DNA from: a virus
Lineage: Duplodnaviria; Caudoviricetes
Length of the DNA stretch: 64,000 bases
Virus record (IMG/VR): IMGVR_UViG_3300042691_031247
Direction: 5' to 3' (one strand)
A program made the translations under genes and the position numbers. Below the pieces are notes generated by a model. That model ran no database searches, was not told the DNA's origin, and saw nothing but the letters and a program-made list of their open reading frames with translations. This document shows, in pieces, positions 54,325-63,052 of the stretch (within the stretch, counting starts at the first letter, position 1; the number at the start of each line of letters is the position of its first letter).

Positions 54325-55477
54325 AAGCGTTTAAAAGTGTCATCACGTTCGCTTTAAAAGTGCCTAAAATGTTGTGCGCTGTGCCGTTATGGCTATTCAC
54401 ATATGACGCAAAAGAAGGTTGAACGTGACTGTCGATAAGGACAGCGTGAAAAGTCGGGGCGCGCTCGCTGTCTGAAAGCGCGCACCGAGCCTGAAGAAAC
54501 AACTGCAGGCCGCGCATAGCGTCGCCGATAAACAACACTACGCCACATTGTGTCTGACATAGCTGACGTACCTGCTCCGCAAACACGAGAAAGTCTACGT
54601 ACGTCGCAGCACCAAACGCGGCGCCGATCTCTGCTCCCGGACCATCAGGATAGATGTGCCCGGCCATCTCGCCCAGCTCGACGTGCACGGTGGCGGGAAC
54701 ACCCAGCGTGTAAGCAGAGTGCAGCAAGCTGCGCTCCGTTGTCGCCCGCGGAGAATACGCCCAGCGCCCGACGGCCTCGCCGTAACCAAGACCCTGATTG
54801 GCGGCTAGCCGCGCAACGTAGTTCAAGTCGTGCGTCATGCCGCGCTCTGCCAAGCGTACATCGGCCACCAGCCCAGCGCCGGTGGTGGCAACAGCCGTGA
54901 CATACTTCTTGCGCAGCAGCTCAACTGCGGCGATACCCGCGCCAGAATGAATCGCCGGCGCCGAAATAAATAACATTACCGGCTGGTCTTCAACGCGAGC
55001 TGTGTGAATCAGGCTTGCGGCGTTGACGTGAACTTCTTTGATTAAACACAGCGCATCGGCAATCTCTGGCGGCATGGCGTCACACGGCGGTGTCGCCGCT
55101 CGAAGGGTATCGAAAACAGGGAACGCGCTGTTTAAGCGTTGGGGTAATACAAGCGCGCCGGGATGTTCAGTGGTCGGCGTGCGCAGCATAGGTCCGCTGC
55201 CCCACAAGAGCCAGTCAGCATTGACATGCGTGTGACTGAGGATCTGCGCCAGCAGTTGCGCAGACACCGCGTACTGCCGCTTGAATACTTTGCCAAGATG
55301 CGTTGATTCTAGTTCGATGGCGCGCGCAAACGCCGGCACATTGTTATTAAAAAGAGTCGCGCACAGATACTCCAACCTCTGCAGCCATGGCTGGTCCGCG
55401 TGCGCGATCTTGCGCCTGCGCAATTCGCGCCTCTGCCGCTGCCGATCGCTCAGGTGACTGCGTTTTGGTCTTGGCAT
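54260..55477 (-). CDS. CI-like HTH fused to a deoxyhypusine-synthase-like domain
   Basis: HTH ending VNADWLLWGSGPM; then ARVEDQPVMLFISAPAI, VTAVATTGAG..AD, GLGYGEAVG, SLLHSAYTLGVPATVHVELG, DFLVFA. Confidence 0.65.
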   Translation of the reverse strand: MPRPKRSHLSDRQRQRRELRRRKIAHADQPWLQRLEYLCATLFNNNVPAFARAIELESTHLGKVFKRQYAVSAQLLAQILSHTHVNADWLLWGSGPMLRTPTTEHPGALVLPQRLNSAFPVFDTLRAATPPCDAMPPEIADALCLIKEVHVNAASLIHTARVEDQPVMLFISAPAIHSGAGIAAVELLRKKYVTAVATTGAGLVADVRLAERGMTHDLNYVARLAANQGLGYGEAVGRWAYSPRATTERSLLHSAYTLGVPATVHVELGEMAGHIYPDGPGAEIGAAFGAATYVDFLVFAEQVRQLCQTQCGVVLFIGDAMRGLQLFLQARCALSDSERAPTFHAVLIDSHVQPSFASYVNSHNGTAHNILGTFKANVMTLLNACDGVFSGQITKTISSCSGVSK

Positions 55478-56468
55478 CGTCGCCCTTTCGTTTCTGCGAG
55501 TCTACAAGTCCGCGACCTACAGCGCGCAGAATACCGGTTCCGGCCAGTAGTCGCATACCGTGTACGGCACGCAAATAAGCAGCGACAAGCTCATCGTAGC
55601 CGTCCAGCAGCGGCATTGGATATTTGTTGAACTCGCCGAACAGATAGAAAAACTCTGTATCAGGCTGCTCGTAACACTCGGCGACTTTGAGTGACTTGAT
55701 ATACGTTACACGGCTCCCGCGAACACGAACACACGGCAGCTTTGTTTTTGGGGCGTGTAAGAAAAACTGCCGGGCCTCGATCAGCCAGCCATTGTCCTGT
55801 GGAACAACAGCCAACCGCCACATCGAGCCCATCGTTTTACGCCCGAGCTGCTTTGTCTGCTTGTTGTATGCGTTGCGCTCGCGCTGCAGCTCGCCCCACA
55901 CTAAGCGCTCGTACTGCTTTACCACGTCCAGCCCACAGCCAACGCGCGGGTCCCATTCCGGCGCGGCGATAAATCGAGTGGCAACGCGGCAAGTGACAAT
56001 AAGCTTAGTGTCTTTATTGTGACGTCCCAGCGCCCGTAATTTGTTTTTAACGTCACGATACTGCGCCGTACTGATACGCGCGTAGCAAAACGGACAGATG
56101 TGTGCCCAGTTACACGGCCGCAACGCCACATCTTTTTTCCAACGAAAAAACATATACGTCGGACGGCAGAACAGACACCGCTGAAACGACAGCCGAAACT
56201 TTTTGAAATCAAAATCAGCGTCGTCAGGATGTGCCAGCCGCGCCACTGGCAACCACAGCGCGCGAATTGCTAACTCTTTCAGTTTGAGGGCCCAGCGCTG
56301 CCGCACCGTATTTGTCCGGCTGATTACGGCGTCGTGTGTCTTGGCGCTAGTCAAGCCCAGTACAAAGTGCTGCGCAAACACATGCGCCATACGGACGCTG
56401 ACGCGATTAACGCGCCACGTTTTTAATCGGTAGCGACGGACAAACTCCGCAAAGTCAATAAGCGCCAT
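55347..56468 (-). CDS. Rolling-circle Rep_1-like protein lacking the HUH motif
   Basis: Zn-finger C...PCNWAHICPFCYAR, motif-I-like LIVTC, motif-III-like EFNKY, terminal GMRLLAGTGILR. Confidence 0.5.
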   Translation of the reverse strand: MALIDFAEFVRRYRLKTWRVNRVSVRMAHVFAQHFVLGLTSAKTHDAVISRTNTVRQRWALKLKELAIRALWLPVARLAHPDDADFDFKKFRLSFQRCLFCRPTYMFFRWKKDVALRPCNWAHICPFCYARISTAQYRDVKNKLRALGRHNKDTKLIVTCRVATRFIAAPEWDPRVGCGLDVVKQYERLVWGELQRERNAYNKQTKQLGRKTMGSMWRLAVVPQDNGWLIEARQFFLHAPKTKLPCVRVRGSRVTYIKSLKVAECYEQPDTEFFYLFGEFNKYPMPLLDGYDELVAAYLRAVHGMRLLAGTGILRAVGRGLVDSQKRKGDDAKTKTQSPERSAAAEARIAQAQDRARGPAMAAEVGVSVRDSF

Positions 56469-56671
56469 TACAGCGTGTCTTTCACCGGTAGTGTGTCCAT
56501 ATCCAGAATAGCGTTGCGCAAATTAACATGTTGCGCAATTTCAGCGCGCTGAGTTCTGATCTCTGCGCGTAAAGACTCAATGTGCGCCGCGGCTTCTAAC
56601 GCCAGCTGCGCGCCGTCTGCGCGTGGTTGTTTAGCCGCCCACAACGTCAAACGTTTTACAATGTCGCTCAT
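56468..56671 (-). CDS. Hypothetical protein
   Basis: MSDIVKRL...EAAAHIESLR pattern typical of small phage proteins. Confidence 0.65.
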   Translation of the reverse strand: MSDIVKRLTLWAAKQPRADGAQLALEAAAHIESLRAEIRTQRAEIAQHVNLRNAILDMDTLPVKDTL

Positions 56672-56922
56672 TTTGTCACCAGCGCGCCGCTAGAGTAGTC
56701 GCCGCCGGGCGTCACAGTCTTTGTGCTTAACACCTGTACCTTCGGCTTTGGCGGAATACGACCAAACCAAATACCGCAGCCGAACAAGCAGAGCCGCATG
56801 GCCGGCGCGGTAGATACGCCAATATGCAAAATACAGCCAGTACCCATCCATTCAAATCTAGCGCCCCATCGGCGCGTCGTATCAAAGTGCGTTGTTGTAA
56901 CAGTCCATGCGTTTGCAGTCAT
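56668..56922 (-). CDS. Hypothetical protein
   Basis: ATGA overlap. Confidence 0.5.
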   Translation of the reverse strand: MTANAWTVTTTHFDTTRRWGARFEWMGTGCILHIGVSTAPAMRLCLFGCGIWFGRIPPKPKVQVLSTKTVTPGGDYSSGALVTK

Positions 56923-56925
56923 TGC

Positions 56926-57096
56926 TTATACTTTTTTACGTTTTCGTGAAGGTTTGACGGCTGCGTACATTTGATCGATCAGGTCGTGCACCATCGGGTC
57001 GCAGTCGACGCAGCGATACGGTACGCACCGCGTTTCTTTTAAGAACTTGCGCACAAGCGTTTTTAAACTTTTCAGCTCTTCTTTTGCGCTAATCAT
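56926..57096 (-). CDS. Small hypothetical protein (56 aa, MISAKEELKSLK..., CxxC)
   Basis: Manual translation; ATGA overlap with the 57093 ORF and fills the gap. Confidence 0.6.
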   Translation of the reverse strand: MISAKEELKSLKTLVRKFLKETRCVPYRCVDCDPMVHDLIDQMYAAVKPSRKRKKV

Positions 57097-57509
57097 TCGT
57101 GTTTTTCCCGCAAGCTGTCTAGCGTTTTGGCTAAGTTCATAAGGTTTTCAACAGCCTCCGCGTTAGACAGATCGCTTGCGTGCATGCGAAGACTAATCGC
57201 GCCGTGCCTGATAGCGCGCAACTCCTCGTAGGTGAGCGTAAACGCTCGCGGCCCGGGCACGAGCATGGCGCCGCGGTTCCGGTCTTTCTCGATTACGGCT
57301 GCTAATACGGCGCGCTGCTCGTCGGTCAGTTCAAGTTTTACTTCGGTCGAGCAGTCGACTGTCACGTTGCCGTTGCACACAGACAACGTGGCGTCTTGAT
57401 CTGCGAGCCGGCGGATGGCTTGCTTGAGTTGTTTAATCTCGGCTCGCTGATCCTGAATAATCTGGTCGGCCTGCTCCCAAGACATAATCGCCGTATTTGG
57501 ATCAAGCAT
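57093..57509 (-). CDS. Hypothetical phage protein
   Basis: AIRRLADQDATLSVCNGNVTV segment, recalled from uncultured freshwater phage proteins (unverified). Confidence 0.65.
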   Translation of the reverse strand: MLDPNTAIMSWEQADQIIQDQRAEIKQLKQAIRRLADQDATLSVCNGNVTVDCSTEVKLELTDEQRAVLAAVIEKDRNRGAMLVPGPRAFTLTYEELRAIRHGAISLRMHASDLSNAEAVENLMNLAKTLDSLREKHE

Positions 57510-57598
57510 TGTTCACCTGTCGTATCCGCGAAAGTAAAAATAGATAAATGCGATTGCAATTGCGGCGCCGCAGATCTCTGACACCCAGTTACACACAA

Positions 57599-57928
57599 TC
57601 ATGACGCCTCCTTCACGAAGATACCCTCGGGCGTCAACGTACCTTTGCGGTCTTTGATCTGCTCGTACGCCATCGCGAGGCAGTAGTCCATCGTGATGCC
57701 GTGTAGCTCGCAATACAAAATGAGTGTCACAAGCACGTCGCCCACGCCGTCTACAATTGCCGTGTCGTCGCGCTTGAGCGTGGCGTCAGCTAGCTCCCCT
57801 AGCTCCGACATTGTTTTCATCAGCTGCGCCGTGGGGTTGCTGTTGGGAATAATCTGGCGCGCTAGGGCCCACTGAACCACGAGGTTCTGTAATGTCTCGA
57901 ACGTCTGATCCTTTTGCTCCTGCATCAT
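57599..57928 (-). CDS. mazG: MazG-like nucleotide pyrophosphohydrolase
   Basis: WALARQI, KTMSELGEL, DGVGDVLVTL, AYEQIKDRKG. Confidence 0.88.
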   Translation of the reverse strand: MMQEQKDQTFETLQNLVVQWALARQIIPNSNPTAQLMKTMSELGELADATLKRDDTAIVDGVGDVLVTLILYCELHGITMDYCLAMAYEQIKDRKGTLTPEGIFVKEAS

Positions 57929-58163
57929 TACGGTGTCCTTTCTGTCGGTCGTATTCTTCCATATCGTTCAACAATTGTTCTTCGTGTATCGAGAACAGCT
58001 CAAGCGCGTACGCCCGCAGCTTCTTCTTAATCTCTTCGCGCTCTGGGCGCAGCATATTAAGCAAGGCGAGAACAGTCCGCATTTCTTGCGGAGTCAGCTC
58101 GCCCATCGCCAACCGTATGGCCTGCCTGTCGCCGGCCCAGATAGCTTCAAGGTTGATTGGCAT
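57786..58163 (-). CDS. Hypothetical protein
   Basis: Helical ORF whose tail overlaps mazG. Confidence 0.5.
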   Translation of the reverse strand: MPINLEAIWAGDRQAIRLAMGELTPQEMRTVLALLNMLRPEREEIKKKLRAYALELFSIHEEQLLNDMEEYDRQKGHRNDAGAKGSDVRDITEPRGSVGPSAPDYSQQQPHGAADENNVGARGAS

Positions 58164-58166
58164 GAC

Positions 58167-58406
58167 TCACCACGTTGGCGTCCACGTTGTCGTCCACGGA
58201 CCAGACGGCCAACCCGGCGTGTCTTGCTTTTGCGGGTGCGGATATGGATATGACAGCGGCAAACGCGTAACCGCAAGCTCGACGGCAGTCAGCCGCTGCT
58301 GCAGTGTTTCAATCTGCGCTCTCAGCTGCGCTATCTCCGCCGCTAGTTGAAGCATCGGCGACGGCTTGCGGATTTTCTTCTTTGTTTTCTTGGCTTTCTT
58401 CGCCAC
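58167..58406 (-). CDS. Hypothetical protein with a short coiled coil
   Basis: EIAQLRAQIETLQQRL; start uncertain. Confidence 0.5.
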   Translation of the reverse strand: MAKKAKKTKKKIRKPSPMLQLAAEIAQLRAQIETLQQRLTAVELAVTRLPLSYPYPHPQKQDTPGWPSGPWTTTWTPTW

Positions 58407-58842
58407 TGATCTGCTCCTGCATCTTGTCAATTCGAGCACGCACTAACTCTATGGCTTGCTCGACACTTTCAACTTCAATAAACGGGAGCTTGGCCTGTAG
58501 GTGCTCCCACTTGGTCGGACCTACGCCGGCCACGTTAATTTCTCCGGGCTCTTGGCTGCCGAACTCGTCCAGCAGCGCTACGGCGGTTGCAATCTCACGC
58601 GACGGGAATACCAGAATCCTGTTATCAACGTCGGAGAAAAACTTCACGCCGGTTCGATCACAAATGACATAGCGCACGGCTGACTCGCCGGTGTCGATGT
58701 AGCTCATCGCCTTAGCCGGCGCAGAATAACTCACGCGATTTTGCGGTGCGTCAGGGCTGTGGCACGCTTTAAACTTTTTGCCGCTGTTACAGGGACACCG
58801 GTCGTTACGTTTGATAATGCTATCTTTGCGAATCGTGCTCAC
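58309..58842 (-). CDS. SEC-C motif protein
   Basis: RNDRCPCNSGKKFKACH. Confidence 0.85.
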   Translation of the reverse strand: MSTIRKDSIIKRNDRCPCNSGKKFKACHSPDAPQNRVSYSAPAKAMSYIDTGESAVRYVICDRTGVKFFSDVDNRILVFPSREIATAVALLDEFGSQEPGEINVAGVGPTKWEHLQAKLPFIEVESVEQAIELVRARIDKMQEQISGEESQENKEENPQAVADASTSGGDSAAESAD

Positions 58843-59128
58843 GAAAAACCTCCGTGTCGCCGTTGAGCTGGATTAACCTCCGGCCAGCCGGACCGGGTTG
58901 GGCCATTGTCTCTTTTTCTCTGGACTGTGCAATACGTAGCCAGTTCAACCGAAACTCTTCAATCGTGACCCCTTCCCGCGGCAGCAGTAGGTCGAGCGAC
59001 ATGCGCGTTTGGCGGGCGCTGACGTCGTAATTCATTGCAACGCCAATAACCTGAGCATTAAACAACAGCGCAATACCTTCCTGCAGCTGTTCTAGCGGGT
59101 CGGGGTTCGATTCAAACGGCGCCCTCAT
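58820..59128 (-). CDS. Hypothetical protein
   Basis: Likely start MRAPFES; ATGA overlap. Confidence 0.55.
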   Translation of the reverse strand: MRAPFESNPDPLEQLQEGIALLFNAQVIGVAMNYDVSARQTRMSLDLLLPREGVTIEEFRLNWLRIAQSREKETMAQPGPAGRRLIQLNGDTEVFREHDSQR

Positions 59129-59364
59129 GGTTCGACCGTCACCTGCGCCGTTGTCATGAGCAAGCCGGCACGCATGGTCGAGACGCCGTGAATGGTGATG
59201 CGGTCGCCCACAACAATCGTCTCGCGGCACTGGACGCTGAGCCGATCAGGCGCGGTCGGGTCAGGGTAGATCAGCTTGGGCGTGCCCTCAGCAAGTACCG
59301 TCGGCAGGCTTGGCGGCGTCGGGGGCTGCTTGCGAGGAATCGTCACTACGCCGGGTGTTGTCAT
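59125..59364 (-). CDS. Hypothetical Pro-rich protein
   Basis: Likely start MTTPG. Confidence 0.5.
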   Translation of the reverse strand: MTTPGVVTIPRKQPPTPPSLPTVLAEGTPKLIYPDPTAPDRLSVQCRETIVVGDRITIHGVSTMRAGLLMTTAQVTVEP

Positions 59365-59512
59365 GGTCGAGACCTCGGTTGAAGAAGACATGGAAACACA
59401 GCTTACCGGGATTGCCCCGCAGGCTGACGTTCGGCGGAAACGGAGAGTCGCTAGGCGTCGGCTCGTTCGAAAACTGATGAATCGCGTGAAACGTGTTGGA
59501 GTCGTTGGACAT
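59288..59512 (-). CDS. Possible small hypothetical protein
   Basis: First ORF after the intergenic region; low-complexity and overlapping. Confidence 0.3.
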   Translation of the reverse strand: MSNDSNTFHAIHQFSNEPTPSDSPFPPNVSLRGNPGKLCFHVFFNRGLDHDNTRRSDDSSQAAPDAAKPADGTC

Positions 59513-59803
59513 GCTTTGCTCGCTTTGACGGCAGGATTATGTTGTCATAATCCGAGATTTGCCGTTTGTAGGGGGGTAAAATGGGTCAAAAATTGCCCGT
59601 AACCTATTGGCGTTATTGGGTTTGCAACAACGCGTTCAAGCATTTTTTGTCCGAATTACGCGGACCTAGAGTAAGTCCTTCGGACTTACAAGGCCGGCAT
59701 TTTTTCAGGAATGCCGGCAACTTTGGATGTCTACCGCATGATCGGGGGGTTGTTCAATTAACGTTGGGCAAATTGGGTAATTTGCGGACAACGTTTGGAT
59801 AGC

Positions 59804-59856
59804 AAAAAAAGAGATTGCATAGGGGCGGGTGTTTGCCCGCCCCTATGCGTAATCTC
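59804..59856 (-). terminator. Rho-independent terminator
   Basis: gcataggggcggg/cccgcccctatgc 13-bp stem, extended by gagatt/aatctc, followed by T7 on the minus strand just after the 59864 stop. Confidence 0.9.
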
Positions 59857-59863
59857 GTTTCAG

Positions 59864-61237
59864 CTAGCGGGTGAAACCTTTTGGCTTTCGTTTTCCGCGT
59901 AGCTTATTTAGCCGGTTAGTAAGCTGCGCAATAAGCTTTGCACGTTCTTTTTCGTCCGTTATTTCTGGTGCTTCGTAAAGCAACCTACGGAGATCTGGCG
60001 GGCAGTCTGGCCACGTTCCGGTTTTTGCCATGGGTCGCGGCACGCTCTGCTTATACACCTCTAAAATTGCTGCTGCGTAGGACAGGTATCGGATGTTCTC
60101 GCCGCGGCCTACGTCTTTGGCCGGAACGTCAAGGATTACGCAGATACGCTCCTTGGACATTGTCGCTTCCTGCTCATTGACCCGGGTATGGAAATCAGGC
60201 CGGCTCATGACGTGCACAAGTCCTACGTTGTGCAGATAGCCGGGAATGATTTTCAGGCTTGCCAGCGCAGTTAAGCCGCCAAAAAAGTTGGGCTTGAGCG
60301 ACGCTTTGTTCCCGTAAATACCAACGCAGTCTGGGTTAGATACCAGCTCTAGCGCTCTGCGCACAGCTTTTTCGGTGCCAAATGGTAGCTGATTATTTGC
60401 GCCGTCAATTAAACGGCGCAGGATGTCTCCGTTATGAAAGTATTCCCAGCCACGCTTGCCCTTTGGCGCCGCGGCGTTGAAGCCGTACTCGGCTGCAACT
60501 TCCACGGCATAAATGGCCGCCTCGTTTTCAGCTACCACTACGTTGCGCCAGCTGTCGCGCTTCGCCATTGGCCTGACGCCTTCGTCGTTTTGGTTGCCAA
60601 AAGACGTTGCCAGATCCGCGAGCGTTTCGGACACCGACACCGTAACTGGAATCTTGATAGGTTCTTTGCCTGTGCGCAAATCTGCCGGCCGGCGAGCGTA
60701 CGCACGCTCCAGACAGATCGTGCGCGAATGCCAGCCGTTGGTGACATAAAAGTGCACGTCAACAAGCTTGCCTGCGTCGTCATATACCGGCATCACGCTG
60801 ACGCGCGGCGGATTGGCGCTAGCTTCGTCGTACGTCTGTAAGATGTGGCCGATGTGGCCAAGATCTACGGCGCGCTCGCGACCGACTTCGCCGGGCGGAA
60901 ACTCAAGCATCGTCCACGGAATCGGCATTGACACATATCCCGTGTCAACTACGTCCTTGGGCGTGTTTCTGAGCAATCCTAAGACTTCGCGCAACACCGC
61001 GAGCCGCGCCTTTGCCGGTGCCCGAAGATTATTGGGCACGTTTTCGAGCACGTCTCGATACAGCGCTTTAAATACGCCGCTTGTACCCTTTTTGTTGTTG
61101 CGCCACGCTAGCGGCTTTTCGTGCTGCTTTTTTACGGCCTTCTTTGCCGCGTCGCCGAGCTTGACTTTTCGTGCAGCTCGTGACTTTTTGTTGTCGTCGC
61201 CGGGGTTGCCCGCGGCTGCGTTTGTCTTTTTTGCCAT
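59864..61237 (-). CDS. ParB/Srx-like (DUF6551-type) domain protein with basic N-terminus
   Basis: ERAVDLGHIGHILQTYD...VSV...FYVTNGWHSR...ATSFGNQN..VRPM..RDSW resembles YQR.V...I...FD / YYVIDGQHR / F...N. Confidence 0.55.
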   Translation of the reverse strand: MAKKTNAAAGNPGDDNKKSRAARKVKLGDAAKKAVKKQHEKPLAWRNNKKGTSGVFKALYRDVLENVPNNLRAPAKARLAVLREVLGLLRNTPKDVVDTGYVSMPIPWTMLEFPPGEVGRERAVDLGHIGHILQTYDEASANPPRVSVMPVYDDAGKLVDVHFYVTNGWHSRTICLERAYARRPADLRTGKEPIKIPVTVSVSETLADLATSFGNQNDEGVRPMAKRDSWRNVVVAENEAAIYAVEVAAEYGFNAAAPKGKRGWEYFHNGDILRRLIDGANNQLPFGTEKAVRRALELVSNPDCVGIYGNKASLKPNFFGGLTALASLKIIPGYLHNVGLVHVMSRPDFHTRVNEQEATMSKERICVILDVPAKDVGRGENIRYLSYAAAILEVYKQSVPRPMAKTGTWPDCPPDLRRLLYEAPEITDEKERAKLIAQLTNRLNKLRGKRKPKGFTR

Positions 61238-61252
61238 GTTATCTCCTTGTAA

Positions 61253-61594
61253 TTAGGTTGCAGCTACTTCCGGTTTGCTGTTGCTGGGTTCTGGTTCTGC
61301 CGGCACTTCCGCTTCCGGCAGCGTGTCGTACAAGCCCATCTCCACGTCGAGAATCATGGGATTGGGCACGTCCGGGCCGCCATAAATCAAGCAGCGGACG
61401 TGCGGATCAGCGGGCTTACCGGCGATGTGCTCATGCAGCATCGAGAACGTGATGATATAAAACCGTTCTTCCGGCAGTCGGTCGATGAGGTCCTGCGGTA
61501 GCGAGCGATTGTATTTCATCACGTCGCGCGAGATGTGATTAATCCGGTTAAGAAATTCTTTGTTCAGATACTTGTACTTTTTGGTGTCAGTCAT
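61253..61594 (-). CDS. Hypothetical protein
   Basis: 113-aa ORF. Confidence 0.65.
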   Translation of the reverse strand: MTDTKKYKYLNKEFLNRINHISRDVMKYNRSLPQDLIDRLPEERFYIITFSMLHEHIAGKPADPHVRCLIYGGPDVPNPMILDVEMGLYDTLPEAEVPAEPEPSNSKPEVAAT

Positions 61595-61599
61595 TGCTG

Positions 61600-61854
61600 T
61601 TAGCGTTTACGCTCCTGCTGCGCGTTGTGAAATTTGATGATGGCGTCAGCGGCTTGCTTAGATTCGCTGTCGCTGTAGCCTTCTAGCTTGAAACGCTCTG
61701 TGACGTACCGATGCTCGAATGACGACTGATTAGGCGTAGACGGCGCTGTTCTCTGCGTCGTATTGCTTGACCCAATAAATGACGCGATAATCACAATGAT
61801 TAATCCGACAATAAAAATGGGACCCAAGCCGTTGCTGCTGTTGTTTTGATTCAT
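61600..61854 (-). CDS. Small membrane protein
   Basis: One hydrophobic helix, PIFIVGLIIVIIASFIG. Confidence 0.7.
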   Translation of the reverse strand: MNQNNSSNGLGPIFIVGLIIVIIASFIGSSNTTQRTAPSTPNQSSFEHRYVTERFKLEGYSDSESKQAADAIIKFHNAQQERKR

Positions 61855-62150
61855 GCGTTTGCCTTTCTGTGCGCTTTGTCTAGCGCGTCAATTGCCTTTG
61901 TTAGCTCGGGCATCCGTTCATCCTCTTCAAACATTCCGTCGCCTTTTGTGTTGGCTTCGTACACGGTCTCGTCGCCGCAGTCTGGGTAGTCAGCGCGAAA
62001 GTAGCCGTGACGCAAACGTAGGTACCCGGCGTGTTCGCCTTCGCTATCAAACACGTCGTACTGCTCGGGGCACGCCACAGAGGTTTGCTTAAGCGTGTAA
62101 CCGCCGATGCAAAGATCGGGCTCGTCCCAGTTGGGGTCATTCTGCGCCAT
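61851..62150 (-). CDS. Hypothetical phage protein
   Basis: CPEQYDVFD...GYLRLRHG.F pattern. Confidence 0.65.
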   Translation of the reverse strand: MAQNDPNWDEPDLCIGGYTLKQTSVACPEQYDVFDSEGEHAGYLRLRHGYFRADYPDCGDETVYEANTKGDGMFEEDERMPELTKAIDALDKAHRKANA

Positions 62151-62400
62151 TTGGGGGCTCCATGCCGCTAGTGATGATGTTGGGAAATTGCTCACGAAAT
62201 TGCTTTTTGGTCCAGAAGATATCTTTATGCCCTTCGGCGGCCAGTTCCATTTCGCACTCCATAGGGTAGTGCCGAAGGACGCTCAATGCCCGCTGGCGAA
62301 TTGCTTTCGGGACCTTTGGTGTTTTTTTTGGATCTAATAGGTCGCGCATAAACTCGCGGGCGTATTGTACGGCTCTAAAGCGCTCGTCGGGCATTGTCAT
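62137..62400 (-). CDS. Hypothetical phage protein
   Basis: MTMPDERFRAV...LLDPKKTPKVPKAIR..A..VLRHYP. Confidence 0.7.
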   Translation of the reverse strand: MTMPDERFRAVQYAREFMRDLLDPKKTPKVPKAIRQRALSVLRHYPMECEMELAAEGHKDIFWTKKQFREQFPNIITSGMEPPNGAE

Positions 62401-62402
62401 TT

Positions 62403-62606
62403 TTAATCTCCTGTTTCGTCGTCGTCTTCTTCTTCGCCGTCTCGGTAGTAGCCCTCGCGTGCGTCGACCAACTCCATAACGCACACCGAATGCTCTACGA
62501 TATTTTGGTCGTCAATCCAATCTTGCGCTTGCGCGTCATCGGCAAACGGGCCGTGAATTGAATATCCCATATCAGGATTACCAATTACGGCAACATATTG
62601 CGTCAT
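62403..62606 (-). CDS. Hypothetical protein
   Basis: GPF..DA motif and acidic tail. Confidence 0.6.
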   Translation of the reverse strand: MTQYVAVIGNPDMGYSIHGPFADDAQAQDWIDDQNIVEHSVCVMELVDAREGYYRDGEEEDDDETGD

Positions 62607-63052
62607 TCGCTCTCCTTTGGCTCGTTTTCAAGTTCATCGCCGCTGCTCTTTTTTATCGGCGTGTATCCGTTCTTTTCAGCCTCAGCCGGCGACAGCGTGC
62701 GCAGCCAGTATCCAGTCGAGCACAGCTGCCCGCGTTCGCCTGTGACTTCGCAAATTTTGTACGACATAGCTTCTGCCATGCTGCACACGCCAGACGTGAA
62801 CTCGTCTCCGCCGTAACTGTACAAACGCAACCCGCCAAACTTTTCTTTGATTTGGCTGAAACGAAAAGGAGGGCATTCTGGTCTGTATTTAATGTGATTC
62901 TGAATCACACTGCACGCGGTATAGATCAAATCAAACCAACCGTCGGAGCACTCACAGCCGAAACAGATCAGGGTTTCTGTTGGCGGTTTGTCGTGATCTT
63001 TGAACAGATCCGGGAACTCCGCGATAAGCCGCTGTTCAAGTTCGTCTCTCAT
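62603..63052 (-). CDS. Conserved hypothetical phage protein
   Basis: CECSDGWFDLI...QIKEKFGGLRLY...ICEVTG. Confidence 0.8.
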   Translation of the reverse strand: MRDELEQRLIAEFPDLFKDHDKPPTETLICFGCECSDGWFDLIYTACSVIQNHIKYRPECPPFRFSQIKEKFGGLRLYSYGGDEFTSGVCSMAEAMSYKICEVTGERGQLCSTGYWLRTLSPAEAEKNGYTPIKKSSGDELENEPKESE

